Source: Anaerolineales bacterium (lineage in GTDB: Bacteria; Chloroflexota; Anaerolineae; Anaerolineales; Villigracilaceae). From it: a stretch of DNA of 64,000 nt. The stretch is from assembly GCA_046328925.1 (NCBI GenBank), contig JAXLVT010000002.1, forward strand, positions 129,949 to 193,948. Reading direction: 5' to 3'. Under the pieces are notes generated by a model that was not told the DNA's origin, made no database searches, and was given only the letters and a program-made list of their open reading frames with translations. Made by a program: the position numbers and the translations under genes. Positions 1 to 8,874 of the stretch are shown here, piece by piece; positions within the stretch are counted from its first letter, which is position 1, and each line of letters begins with the position of its first letter.

Positions 1-1269
1 ATCACGACTTGCTAACTTTGCCATTGTAGCAGCACGCTCAAGGAGTAACTCTCTTTCACGTGAATTTCGAGTCAGGTGGGCAGCTTGTTTGAATTCTTCA
101 CAAGCTTCGCTGAAACGGCCAAGTTTCGATAAAAGGTCAGCGCGTACACTGGGTAACAAATGGTAAGACTTGAGTGAAGATTCTGAAATCAATGAGTCCA
201 CAATCTCAAGACCTGCTTCGGGACCAAATGCCATGGAAACTGCAACTGCGCGATTTAATTCCACAATGGGGGATGGTGATAATTGAGCAAGCGCATCATA
301 CAAAGCGGCAATCCGTCCCCAATTGGTATCTTCTGGATTACGTGCCTGAGCATGGCAGGCTGCAATGGCAGCTTGTAAGCGATAAGGTCCAAGCGCACTG
401 CCTAGTGACTCTGCGCGCATAAGTGCTGCAAACCCGCGACGAATGAGAAGTTGATCCCAACGTCCGCGATTTTGTTCGAGTAATGGAATCGGTTCGCCAG
501 CAGGCCCAACTCTTGCGCGTGAACGGGATGCTTGGATTTCCATTAACGCAACAAGGCCATGCACTTCTGCTTCGTCTGGAATTATTTCTGCGAGCACACG
601 TCCCAATCGTAGCGCATCTTCACATAATGCGGGACGCATCCAATCATCCCCTGATGTTGCGGAATAACCCTCGTTGAAAATTAAATATATGACTTCAAGT
701 ACAGAAGAAAGGCGGGCAACCCGCTCGCTTCCTGTTGGGATCTCAAACGGGACTTGTGCTTCGGTGAGAGTTCGCTTTGCCCGTACGATTCTTTGTGCAA
801 TGGTTGGTTCGGGGACGAGAAATGCTCGGGCGATTTCGTCTGTTGTTAGACCACCGAGCAGGCGTAGGGTAAGTGCGAGCCGTGCTTCTTTGGATAGAAC
901 TGGATGACAGGCAATAAAAATGAGTCGCAGGAGATCATCGCCCATATCGTCTGAATCATCAAGGTCTGGAATTCCCAGTTCCTGTTGTAATTCAAGTTCG
1001 CGGCCAATCTCTTCATGTTTGCGTGCAAGGCGAACATTTCTACGAATCAGATCAATGGCGTGATGCTTTGCGGTTGTCATTAACCATGCACCGGGTTTAT
1101 CTGGAATTCCAGATTGAGGCCATTGCTCCAAGGCGGCTACTAACGCACCTTGAGCAATATCCTCCGCAAGACCTACGTCGCGGACGAGGCGTGTCAGACT
1201 CGCGATGAGTCTAGCGGATTCAATCCGCCAGACTGCATCAATGGTGCGATGAATATCTGGAAAGCTCAC
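1..1269 (-). CDS. ECF-type RNA polymerase sigma factor with C-terminal TPR-like extension (COG4941/DUF6596 type); 3' end runs off the window
   Basis: Not in the ORF track because the stop lies outside the window. Manual translation from GTG at 1269: VSFPDIHRTIDAVWRIESARLIASLTRLVRDVGLAEDIAQ...DDLLRLIFIACHPVLSKEARLALTLRLLGGLTTDEIARAFLV...VIYLIFNEGY, open to base 1. Directly downstream of yciI, the typical pairing. Confidence 0.9.
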   Translation of the reverse strand, partial: MSFPDIHRTIDAVWRIESARLIASLTRLVRDVGLAEDIAQGALVAALEQWPQSGIPDKPGAWLMTTAKHHAIDLIRRNVRLARKHEEIGRELELQQELGIPDLDDSDDMGDDLLRLIFIACHPVLSKEARLALTLRLLGGLTTDEIARAFLVPEPTIAQRIVRAKRTLTEAQVPFEIPTGSERVARLSSVLEVIYLIFNEGYSATSGDDWMRPALCEDALRLGRVLAEIIPDEAEVHGLVALMEIQASRSRARVGPAGEPIPLLEQNRGRWDQLLIRRGFAALMRAESLGSALGPYRLQAAIAACHAQARNPEDTNWGRIAALYDALAQLSPSPIVELNRAVAVSMAFGPEAGLEIVDSLISESSLKSYHLLPSVRADLLSKLGRFSEACEEFKQAAHLTRNSRERELLLERAATMAKLASRD

Positions 1270-1275
1270 AGATTT

Positions 1276-1611
1276 TTAGCCACCAAATACTTCGTAAATT
1301 TTTCCCTGGCCGTCACCAGCAACTTGCCAAAAACGTTTTGAAAATTCGATTGCTTCTTCTCTGGATTTGGTCTCTATGAGCGCAAAGCCAACTACCGCCT
1401 CCTTCGCCTCGGTGAAAGGTCCATCGACTACGTTGACCTTGCCTCCCTTAGACTTGATACGTGTGGGAGTTGCTTCCAATCCACCTGTGGCCAGCAGAAC
1501 ACCAGCCTTGCTCATCTCTTCAATTAATTTGCCCATTTCTGCGTACATCTCAGGGGTAGGTGGGGACATAGGTTCGTTTGGGTCGTTCGTGGTCATCATC
1601 ATGAATCTCAT
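1276..1611 (-). CDS. YciI/DGPF-family protein
   Basis: Signature DGPFTEAKEAVVGF; RBS AGGAG upstream; adjacent to the ECF sigma gene. Confidence 0.9.
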   Translation of the reverse strand: MRFMMMTTNDPNEPMSPPTPEMYAEMGKLIEEMSKAGVLLATGGLEATPTRIKSKGGKVNVVDGPFTEAKEAVVGFALIETKSREEAIEFSKRFWQVAGDGQGKIYEVFGG

Positions 1612-1714
1612 TTTGGTTCTCCTTGTTATGTAGAGATAAATATGTCAATTAATGTTAGTTTTGTTACTGTCAAGAGCAGAATAAATCATATCATCGTTTG
1701 AATCTACTTTTCAC

Positions 1715-2371
1715 CTAATGCTGAAGCCCAATGATTAATTGTCTTGTCATTAATGAAATCCATGTCCATGCAAGTACTATCCCAATCCAGAAGCCAAGGA
1801 TGATCCAACCATTGCCTGACCCTGAGGAGATTCCGACAAAGCTGGCAAAGAAAATCACACCTGTGATTATGGAGTAGGCAGCCCAACCCTTTTGGCCATG
1901 GAAGGTAAAGCGGCGGGCAAAGACAAAGCAGGCTGCTATGAGCGCGAGAAACCCAATACCACCCGCCATAAAGTGTAATAAGCCATGAGTGCTCATGGTT
2001 GTGGTGCTTTCAGGCGTTCCGATAGGGAAGCCCATTGCGGGATCGGCTTTAAAGATGCTTGCGCCGATAAGACTTAATCCATATACGCTGATAAGCAATG
2101 TCCCCCAAGTTTTGCCTTTGCCTTCGAGAGCACGTCGCATACCGACTGCTCCAGCGATTACCAGCAATCCATTCACCAGGAAGTTGGTCACTTGTATCCA
2201 ACCCAAATCGCCATTACTGAGCAGGCTGAGGGCGTGTCGGGTGATATCAAACCCAGGGCGGGTAAATGCCTGAACCAGACCTACAACAAGATAGATAGGG
2301 CCAGCAATAGCACCTGCTATCAACAACAACTTTGTTACCTTTGTCTCGTCTTTTAAGTTCACTTTTTGCAT
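1715..2371 (-). CDS. DUF998-family membrane protein
   Basis: Multiple TM helices; motifs GFDITRHALSLLSNG, ADPAMGFPIG, HGLLH. Start reassigned to MQKVNL (ATG 2371) behind AGGAGA. Confidence 0.8.
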   Translation of the reverse strand: MQKVNLKDETKVTKLLLIAGAIAGPIYLVVGLVQAFTRPGFDITRHALSLLSNGDLGWIQVTNFLVNGLLVIAGAVGMRRALEGKGKTWGTLLISVYGLSLIGASIFKADPAMGFPIGTPESTTTMSTHGLLHFMAGGIGFLALIAACFVFARRFTFHGQKGWAAYSIITGVIFFASFVGISSGSGNGWIILGFWIGIVLAWTWISLMTRQLIIGLQH

Positions 2372-2428
2372 ATTTTCTCCTGTTATTTGAAGTTTGAGCA
2401 GATTTTCGATTTCTCGCTCTATTAATAC

Positions 2429-2455
2429 GTCGAACAAGAGACGACAAAATCGACA
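2429..2455 (-). promoter_or_regulatory. Putative ECF-sigma promoter (TGTCGAT-N16-CGAC)
   Basis: Minus strand TGTCGATTTTGTCGTCTCTTGTTCGAC about 60 bp upstream of DUF998; geometry like ECF41-type TGTCACA-N16-CGTC promoters. Confidence 0.5.
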
Positions 2456-2556
2456 TTTTGCCACCCCAAATTAGGAGAATTTTCGGTAATAGTTACAAAT
2501 TATTACTTGTGCCTTGCTAGAAAGGCTGTGCTCAACCATATAAGTGCGATGAACTT

Positions 2557-3162
2557 TTAGGAATTTAGCGTTACTAACTGCCTGAGAATTTTTTCAAGTT
2601 CGGCTTTTTTTATTTCGATATCTTTCATGTCTGAAAAATACATCATACGTCTATCTTTATATTCCCCTTCCAACAATTTGCTCTTAACCTTCGAAATCTG
2701 TGGATTATGAAACACAAGATGAATGCGTTTTTCATCTCGCAAATTAAACGTCACCAAATATTTGCCTTTGTAATTGAAAGATGGAGCTTTCCATTTAATC
2801 TCTTTGTTGATGTCTGTATTCACACCTTTGATAATGGACCGCACCGCCTCCACCTCTGCCTTGAGCGGGTGACTGAGATTCTCGAGAAATTCATCCACCT
2901 TGTCAGTGCGGCTGACGGGCGATCCCTTTTTCTTTTTCGGCAAATCATTTGCTGTGCCCGTTTTAAACGATAATCCTTTTTCCTTAAGCGCTGCACGCAA
3001 AATGCCAAGTGCCTTGGAACCCATGCCGTGTAGTTGACTCAAATCCGCTTCGGTGACTTTGGTCAACTGCTCAAGATGGGAATATCCAGCTGTCTCCAGC
3101 GCTCGCGTTGCTGGAGCACCTATTTTAGGAAAAGTATTGGTTTCCTGTTCTTTAGCGCTCAT
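2557..3162 (-). CDS. Fusion of an N-terminal helix-hairpin-helix (RNAP alpha-CTD-like) domain and a DUF1801/YdhG domain
   Basis: N-term PKIGAPATRALETAGYSHLEQLTKVTEADLSQLHGMGSKAL; C-term VDEFLENLSHPLKAEVEAVRSII...EIKWKAPSF. Confidence 0.75.
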   Translation of the reverse strand: MSAKEQETNTFPKIGAPATRALETAGYSHLEQLTKVTEADLSQLHGMGSKALGILRAALKEKGLSFKTGTANDLPKKKKGSPVSRTDKVDEFLENLSHPLKAEVEAVRSIIKGVNTDINKEIKWKAPSFNYKGKYLVTFNLRDEKRIHLVFHNPQISKVKSKLLEGEYKDRRMMYFSDMKDIEIKKAELEKILRQLVTLNS

Positions 3163-3187
3163 ATTTGCTCCTGTTGAATGGCGTCTT

Positions 3188-5437
3188 TTAATTACGCAAA
3201 TACTCGCTGGTAAGTGATTGCTTCGCTTTCAATAATTCTTTAGGGGTTCCTTCAAACATAACCTTGCCGCCTTTGCTTCCACCTTCAGGACCCATATCAA
3301 TAATCCAGTCCGCATTCTTGATGACATGCAAGTTATGCTCAATGACCACAACTGTGTTGCCAGTATCCACGAGGCGGTTGATGACCTGCATAAAGTGATC
3401 AATATCAGACATGTGCAAACCAGTGGTTGGCTCATCCATGATGTAGATGCTTCCTTTTTTGTGCAGTTCGCTGGCAAGTTTGATACGCTGACATTCGCCG
3501 CCTGAAAGTGTGGTCAAAGGTTGGCCGAGTCCGAGATAATCCAATCCCACATCGCTCATGGCTTGTAATTTTTTCGTGACTTCTGGAATCTTAAGATACT
3601 CAAGTGCTTGTTGAACATTCATTGACAGAACTTCTGAAATATTTTTCCCGTTCAACTTATATTCCAGCACTTCATCCTTAAATCGTTTGCCACCACAGAC
3701 CTCACAAGGTGATTTCACACTATCAAAAAATGATAGTTCGGTATAAATCACACCCAGTCCCTGACAGTTTTCACACGCACCTTTTGAATTAAAACTGAAC
3801 AGCGAAGCTTGAACCTTGTTCGCTGCCGCAAATGCCTTGCGGACATCATCTAGAATGCCAGTATGCGTTGCGGGATTGGAGCGGCTATTGACGCCCACAG
3901 CAGATTGGTCAATCACAATTGCATCAGGATGTTGGTATTGGAAAACCTCGTTGATGAGCGAACTTTTGCCAGACCCAGCCACACCCGTGACAACGGTCAG
4001 CACGCCCGTTGGAATGTTTACGCTGACATTTTGCAGGTTGTTTACCTTCGCATTCTTGATTGGCAATTTGCCCGTCGGGCTACGGAACGAATCCTTTATC
4101 GGGATGGATTGTTTCATGTGCCTGCCCGTGATCGTATCTGCTTTGAGCAGGTTTGCGTAGTTGCCTTCGTAGACAATCTCGCCTCCACGCGGACCTGCAA
4201 GCGGACCTACATCCACGACATGGTCTGCCACTTTGATGACGTCTGGGTCATGTTCCACGACAATGACTGTATTGCCTTTATCACGCAGTTTCTGTAATAA
4301 CTCATTCATGCGATGCACATCCCGTGGATGTAAACCAATACTCGGTTCATCAAAGATATAAATAACATCACTTAAACTACTACCAAGATGCTTAACAACT
4401 TTTACGCGTTGTGACTCTCCGCCTGATAGCGTGTCTGTCTCACGGCTGAGGCTGAGGTATTCCAGTCCAATATCTACGAGGTTCTGTAACCGTTCCACAA
4501 GTGCTTTGACCATTGGCTCGGCGGCAGGTGTTTTGATTTTCTTTACAACTTCAATCAATTCAGGAATTTCCATGTTGGTCAAATCAGCGATGTTGTAGCC
4601 GTTGATTTTGCACTTCAGGATGGTCTTGTTTAACCGCGCGCCATTGCATTCAGAACAGGGTCCCATGGTCATAAACGGCTCTACCGACTTTTGAGTTCGT
4701 TCAGACTTGGTTTTTAGATCCTGCTTGATGTACTTATTAGTGAAGCGATTGACGATCCCTTCATAAGTCAGGTTGAAATCTTTCGCTCCCATCTTCGTCT
4801 TGACCTTGATGGGTTCACTATATAAAAGATCGTGCAATTCTTTCTGCGTATATTTGGAAATTTTCTTATCAGGGTCGAAGAGGCCAGTATTAATTAAGTT
4901 ACTCCAGCCCCAACTCTCCACAGCGTATTCAGGAAACAAAATAGCGCCCTCGTTTAACGATTTGGATTTGTCCAGGAACTTATCCATGTCCACATCCAGC
5001 TTGCGACCGAGGCCGTTACAGTTCGGGCACATCCCTTGCGGGTCGTTGAAGCCGAATACATTGGTAGGCCCCACGTGAGGCTGCCCGATGCGGGAAAACA
5101 TCATGCGTAGAATCGTGTTGATATCGGTGATCGTGCCCACGGTCGAGTGTGAACCGCCGCCCATCCGCTTCTGGTCTACAACGATGGACATGCTCAAATT
5201 CTCAATGGCATCCGCATCAGGCTGGGAATACTTGGGTAAAAAATTCCGCACGAACATGCTGAAGTTTTCATTGAGCAGACGCTGCGACTCAGTCGCGATT
5301 GTATCGAAGACGATGGAGGATTTACCAGAGCCAGAAACTCCAGTGAAGATTGTGATCTTGCGTTTGGGAATGCGCAAGGATACATTTTTAAGATTATTTT
5401 CGCGTGCATTTCGGATTTCAATATATTCTTGTGCCAT
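3188..5437 (-). CDS. UvrA-like ATPase, class II (UvrA2/DrrC-like)
   Basis: ARENNLKNVS, two Walker A motifs (GVSGSGKS, GVAGSGKS), LSGGE signatures, Cys zinc fingers. At 749 aa it is shorter than canonical UvrA, consistent with loss of the UvrB-binding domain. Confidence 0.9.
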   Translation of the reverse strand: MAQEYIEIRNARENNLKNVSLRIPKRKITIFTGVSGSGKSSIVFDTIATESQRLLNENFSMFVRNFLPKYSQPDADAIENLSMSIVVDQKRMGGGSHSTVGTITDINTILRMMFSRIGQPHVGPTNVFGFNDPQGMCPNCNGLGRKLDVDMDKFLDKSKSLNEGAILFPEYAVESWGWSNLINTGLFDPDKKISKYTQKELHDLLYSEPIKVKTKMGAKDFNLTYEGIVNRFTNKYIKQDLKTKSERTQKSVEPFMTMGPCSECNGARLNKTILKCKINGYNIADLTNMEIPELIEVVKKIKTPAAEPMVKALVERLQNLVDIGLEYLSLSRETDTLSGGESQRVKVVKHLGSSLSDVIYIFDEPSIGLHPRDVHRMNELLQKLRDKGNTVIVVEHDPDVIKVADHVVDVGPLAGPRGGEIVYEGNYANLLKADTITGRHMKQSIPIKDSFRSPTGKLPIKNAKVNNLQNVSVNIPTGVLTVVTGVAGSGKSSLINEVFQYQHPDAIVIDQSAVGVNSRSNPATHTGILDDVRKAFAAANKVQASLFSFNSKGACENCQGLGVIYTELSFFDSVKSPCEVCGGKRFKDEVLEYKLNGKNISEVLSMNVQQALEYLKIPEVTKKLQAMSDVGLDYLGLGQPLTTLSGGECQRIKLASELHKKGSIYIMDEPTTGLHMSDIDHFMQVINRLVDTGNTVVVIEHNLHVIKNADWIIDMGPEGGSKGGKVMFEGTPKELLKAKQSLTSEYLRN

Positions 5438-5445
5438 GATTCCTC

Positions 5446-6819
5446 TTAAGGTTTGATGTTTTGATTCATGTGGAACAGATTCGTTGGATCGTATTGAGCT
5501 TTAATCTTGCGCAATCGTTCCCAGGTTGCACCTGGGTATGCGCTACGAACTTGAGCTTCATCTACATCGCCAAGGAAGTTGACATAGGCTCCCTTGTCGC
5601 TTTGTTCTATCGCTTTTGCGAAATTATTTACCCAAGCTTCATGCGTTGACTTTTCTTCAGGCTTTCCATATAACCCAGCCAGATTCACCATAATCTTTGA
5701 CTTGCGATGTGCAAAGGCTGTGGCATCTTCGGGGATGCGCGCCATGGCCCCACCTAAAACACGCAGTTGAGTCACAGACATCATTGCAGTTGAAGATTTA
5801 AGATGTTCAAGAATTTTCTCTGCAACAGAAAGATCAACATGGTCAATGAACATCGTACGACCTGCAGCAACAGGATGGTAATCACCACCTTGTTCTGGTG
5901 GATACATTTCAGTATAGCTCATCGGGCGAAGCATATCGGCCAAAGGAGTTGCAAGGGCACGGAAGGGTGAAAAGGCTTTTTCGCCATCTGTGACATCGCC
6001 TGCGTAAACCATCATCGCCATGATGATGAATTTGCCATGATGTTCGGGTGCCAAGAATGGCATTGGTGGTGCGGGCATAATATTCGCAATGCCCGAAAGT
6101 TCCTCGGAGGCTGATTCAGCAACGGCCATGAAAGAAGCGATGATATCCGCAGTTGCTGGCAGGAATAACATCCCTCCATACACTTTATCCACTTCATGTA
6201 ATTGAAAGAGGAAGCGTGTGACAACGCCGAAGTTGCCGCCGCCACCACGAATTGCCCAAAAAAGATCGGGCTCATTGGTTAAATCTACGGTGAGAATCTT
6301 TCCATCTGCGGTGACCAATTCAGCGGCTAATAAACTATCAATGGTGAGACCATATTTGCGAACAAGATACCCAACTCCACCGCCCAGTGTGATGCCACCC
6401 AAACCAACGCTACTTGTATCTCCAAAGCCAACAGCAAGTCCGTGGGCGGCTGCTGCGGTAGTGAATTCTCCTGCAGTTAAACCTGTCTCTGCCCAAGCTG
6501 TGCGTGACTCTAAATCAATTTGCAAGTCCTTCATCAAAGAAAGATCTAAAACGATCCCGCCTTCCGTGACACTGTGACCTGCATTACTGTGTCCACCGCT
6601 ACGCACGGCCAGTTCAAGCCCATGTTCGCGTGCTAATGAAATCACCTGTGCTACTTCAGTGGCATTCTTTACTTTAATAATCACCGCTGGATGACGGTCA
6701 ATGCCGCCATAAAAAACTGTACGTGCAAGATCGTATTCTGCGTCACCTGGGGCAATGACTTGACCCTTGAAAGAAGAGCGAAGTTTTGAGATGGAAAGGG
6801 GTGTGGGATTGGTTGTCAT
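5446..6819 (-). CDS. FAD-linked oxidoreductase, VAO/BBE family (6-HDNO/McrA-like)
   Basis: VRSGGHS covalent-FAD His motif, GITLGGGVG, LFWAIRGGGGNFGVVT, C-terminal BBE motif AYVNF...KAQYDPTNLF. Confidence 0.9.
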   Translation of the reverse strand: MTTNPTPLSISKLRSSFKGQVIAPGDAEYDLARTVFYGGIDRHPAVIIKVKNATEVAQVISLAREHGLELAVRSGGHSNAGHSVTEGGIVLDLSLMKDLQIDLESRTAWAETGLTAGEFTTAAAAHGLAVGFGDTSSVGLGGITLGGGVGYLVRKYGLTIDSLLAAELVTADGKILTVDLTNEPDLFWAIRGGGGNFGVVTRFLFQLHEVDKVYGGMLFLPATADIIASFMAVAESASEELSGIANIMPAPPMPFLAPEHHGKFIIMAMMVYAGDVTDGEKAFSPFRALATPLADMLRPMSYTEMYPPEQGGDYHPVAAGRTMFIDHVDLSVAEKILEHLKSSTAMMSVTQLRVLGGAMARIPEDATAFAHRKSKIMVNLAGLYGKPEEKSTHEAWVNNFAKAIEQSDKGAYVNFLGDVDEAQVRSAYPGATWERLRKIKAQYDPTNLFHMNQNIKP

Positions 6820-6865
6820 TACAGTTCTCCGATATTAATAAAAGGGGTAACAGTTAATTGGTTTG

Positions 6866-6894
6866 ATTTTAGAACAAAAATTCTATTCCGTAAA
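6866..6894 (-). promoter_or_regulatory. Sigma70 promoter with overlapping SOS-box-like palindrome
   Basis: TTTACG-17-TAAAAT on the minus strand; palindrome TAGAAC-AAAA-ATTCTA at 6870-6885. Confidence 0.6.
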
Positions 6895-6917
6895 GATGAA
6901 ATGATTATGGGTTCTTG

Positions 6918-6953
6918 AATCGACAAGTCACGCATTAGCGTGACTTGTCGATT
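6918..6953. repeat. Perfect 16-bp-arm inverted repeat (terminator/REP-like), copy 1
   Basis: AATCGACAAGTCACGC-ATTA-GCGTGACTTGTCGATT; core shared with 7466-7491. Confidence 0.8.
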
Positions 6954-6958
6954 TCTTT

Positions 6959-7333
6959 CTAGAACATTCCATTTTGATTTAGTGACTCACCCATAATGGG
7001 TTGGCCGAGATCCCAAAGTTCCATGATCTTTCCCGCTTCAAAACGAAAGATGTGCACAACCGCCACTCCAAGGTCTTCAGGTTTTTGTTTGACGTGAGAA
7101 TGTGTGACCACAAAATTATTTTCTGCAATCACCCGCTTCACTTCAAGAACCTTATTCGGATTCTTGCGAGCGTTTTCTTCCATTCCCGCTTGGAGAGCCG
7201 ATGCCGATCCTTCGAAAAATGGATTGTGATGTCGAAACCTATCTCCGATAAATTTTGAGAATGCATCGGTTACTTTCCCACTGGAAGCGAGTTCGAGAAA
7301 CGAAACGGCTGCGTTCTTATTGGTGTCTGACAT
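6959..7333 (-). CDS. SnoaL/NTF2-like family protein
   Basis: FRHHNPFFEG, KRVIAENNFVVTHSHV, VVHIFRFEAGKIMELWD. Start reassigned to MSDTNK (7333) behind AAGGA. Confidence 0.85.
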   Translation of the reverse strand: MSDTNKNAAVSFLELASSGKVTDAFSKFIGDRFRHHNPFFEGSASALQAGMEENARKNPNKVLEVKRVIAENNFVVTHSHVKQKPEDLGVAVVHIFRFEAGKIMELWDLGQPIMGESLNQNGMF

Positions 7334-7411
7334 AAGAGTTTCCTTTATGAACTGTAAAAATCTTTTTACTTTGATTTTTGTTGAATATTCCATGCGGACA
7401 AAATCTGGTTA

Positions 7412-7439
7412 ATTATAGAACATAGTTCTTCGAAGTGAA
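7412..7439 (-). promoter_or_regulatory. Sigma70 promoter with overlapping SOS-box-like palindrome
   Basis: TTCACT-16-TATAAT; AGAAC-ATA-GTTCT at 7417-7429 (3-nt spacer instead of the canonical 4). Confidence 0.5.
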
Positions 7440-7465
7440 GTGAGAGTTTTGTACCTATCGAAACA

Positions 7466-7491
7466 CTAAGTCACGCTTTAGCGTGACTTAG
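7466..7491. repeat. Inverted repeat (terminator/REP-like), copy 2
   Basis: CTAAGTCACGC-TTTA-GCGTGACTTAG. Confidence 0.8.
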
Positions 7492-7524
7492 GAGAAAAAG
7501 CTTGATTTATGAGTTTGAAAGAAA

Positions 7525-8019
7525 TTAACTCTTATTAAAGATCGCTATCATTTTATCCATGCATTGATTCAAACCAAGCTCAGCGTTTTTACCCATTTCA
7601 GTATCTGCTGTTGGTAAGTTGTATTCTGTTACAGTCATTTCAGTTCTATTGTCACCAAGATCCTTGAAGGTCACAACGGTGCGAGTGTCTTCTGGAAAAT
7701 TAGAGGGCATACCGACACTGGCTGGGTTGATTCGATTTCCATCTTTATCAGCCAGGTTTTGGATGAATTCGATCCGCTGCATGGGCACAATCTTTTGATA
7801 AACCCAAGTGTTATAAAAATCCTGACCGCCGAAATCTGCTGGCGCACGCATACAGACGAGTGATGTGCCACCTTCACGGAAATCTATTTTGGCGCTGGGG
7901 GATGTGAAGTAATCCGGTCCCCACCAGCGCATCACATACTCGGGCTCTGTCCAAGCTTTCCAAACCAGTTCGATTGGCGCGTGGAAGATGCGGCTAACGA
8001 TAAGGTCTCGCGTATTCAT
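7525..8019 (-). CDS. SRPBCC/AHA1-like domain protein
   Basis: RIFHAPIELVWKAWTEPEYVMRWWGP...DFREGG. Start likely MNTRDL (8019), which avoids overlap with the upstream stop. Confidence 0.85.
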   Translation of the reverse strand: MNTRDLIVSRIFHAPIELVWKAWTEPEYVMRWWGPDYFTSPSAKIDFREGGTSLVCMRAPADFGGQDFYNTWVYQKIVPMQRIEFIQNLADKDGNRINPASVGMPSNFPEDTRTVVTFKDLGDNRTEMTVTEYNLPTADTEMGKNAELGLNQCMDKMIAIFNKS

Positions 8020-8026
8020 AGCAGAC

Positions 8027-8485
8027 TTATTTCCCATCGTACGCTTTTTGTAAATCAGCGATGATGATTTTTTGCATCTTAAGCATGGCTTGCATCACAC
8101 GTTGTGATTTTTCCGGGTCTGGACTACCCATCAATTCGCCCAATTGTTTTGGGATAATTTGCCATGACAGACCGTACTTGTCTTTTAGCCAGCCACACTG
8201 GCTTTCCTCGCCGCCATCCGCAATGAGTTTGTTCCACAAATCATTTACTTCGTCTTGATCATTGCAATCTACATATAACGAGATGGCCTCATTAAATTTA
8301 TGATGCGGCCCGGCATTTAATCCCATGAACTGCTGTCCATCTAATTCAAACGATACTGTGAAGGCCTTGCCATCGGGTCCGCGTGAAACATTGTTGACTT
8401 TTGAATTCTTGAAAAGCGAAACATAGAAATTCATCGCTTCTTCGGCCTGCGTGTCGAACCATAAAAACGGGGTGACTTTGCTCAT
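8027..8485 (-). CDS. VOC-family (PhnB / 3-demethylubiquinone-9 3-methyltransferase-like) protein
   Basis: KVTPFLWFDTQAEEAMNFYVSLF, LNAGP, CGWLKDKYGLSWQI. Confidence 0.9.
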   Translation of the reverse strand: MSKVTPFLWFDTQAEEAMNFYVSLFKNSKVNNVSRGPDGKAFTVSFELDGQQFMGLNAGPHHKFNEAISLYVDCNDQDEVNDLWNKLIADGGEESQCGWLKDKYGLSWQIIPKQLGELMGSPDPEKSQRVMQAMLKMQKIIIADLQKAYDGK

Positions 8486-8495
8486 TTGATTCTCC

Positions 8496-8864
8496 TTATT
8501 TTCTTTTTGACTTTACTCGTTGCAGGTTCTCTGCAATTCTAAATTTCACGACCTTTTCAATGAACTTCAATGGCATGGGTTTATCCAAAGGAAAATTCAA
8601 TGAACTTTTTGCACTCTTATATTTCAGCGATTCTTTTTGAAACGCTTCATTCCCCTCGGGAATGGGATATACACCAATGTGATTCTTCCACGCCGAGAAA
8701 TGGATGAAATATTCGTCATTCACTTTGAAGGCAGGCATGTTGTAGCTGATATGTTCCTCGGCATTTGGGACTGCGGCCTTGATGGTTGCCCGGATCTCTT
8801 CCAAGGCCTTTTGTGTATCTTCAGGAAAGTTTGATATATATTCGTCAATGGATGTAAATTTCAT
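8496..8864 (-). CDS. DUF1801/YdhG-family protein
   Basis: SIDEYISNFP...IRATIKAAVPNAEEHISYNMPAF...KNHIGVYP. Start MKFTS (8864). Confidence 0.85.
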   Translation of the reverse strand: MKFTSIDEYISNFPEDTQKALEEIRATIKAAVPNAEEHISYNMPAFKVNDEYFIHFSAWKNHIGVYPIPEGNEAFQKESLKYKSAKSSLNFPLDKPMPLKFIEKVVKFRIAENLQRVKSKRK

Positions 8865-8874
8865 AGGTGTTTCC

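Noticed and set aside
174-1341. Short ORFs listed in the track over the first 1.3 kb
   Set aside because: They are shadows of the minus-strand ECF sigma and yciI genes.
3188-5437. Calling this gene canonical uvrA
   Set aside because: It is too short, appears to lack the UvrB-binding region, and sits in an accessory context; class II paralogue.
6918-7491. Hairpins flanking snoaL as integron attC sites or CRISPR repeats
   Set aside because: No RYYYAAC/GTTRRRY ends or extrahelical bases, only two copies about 550 bp apart, and no integrase or cas genes.
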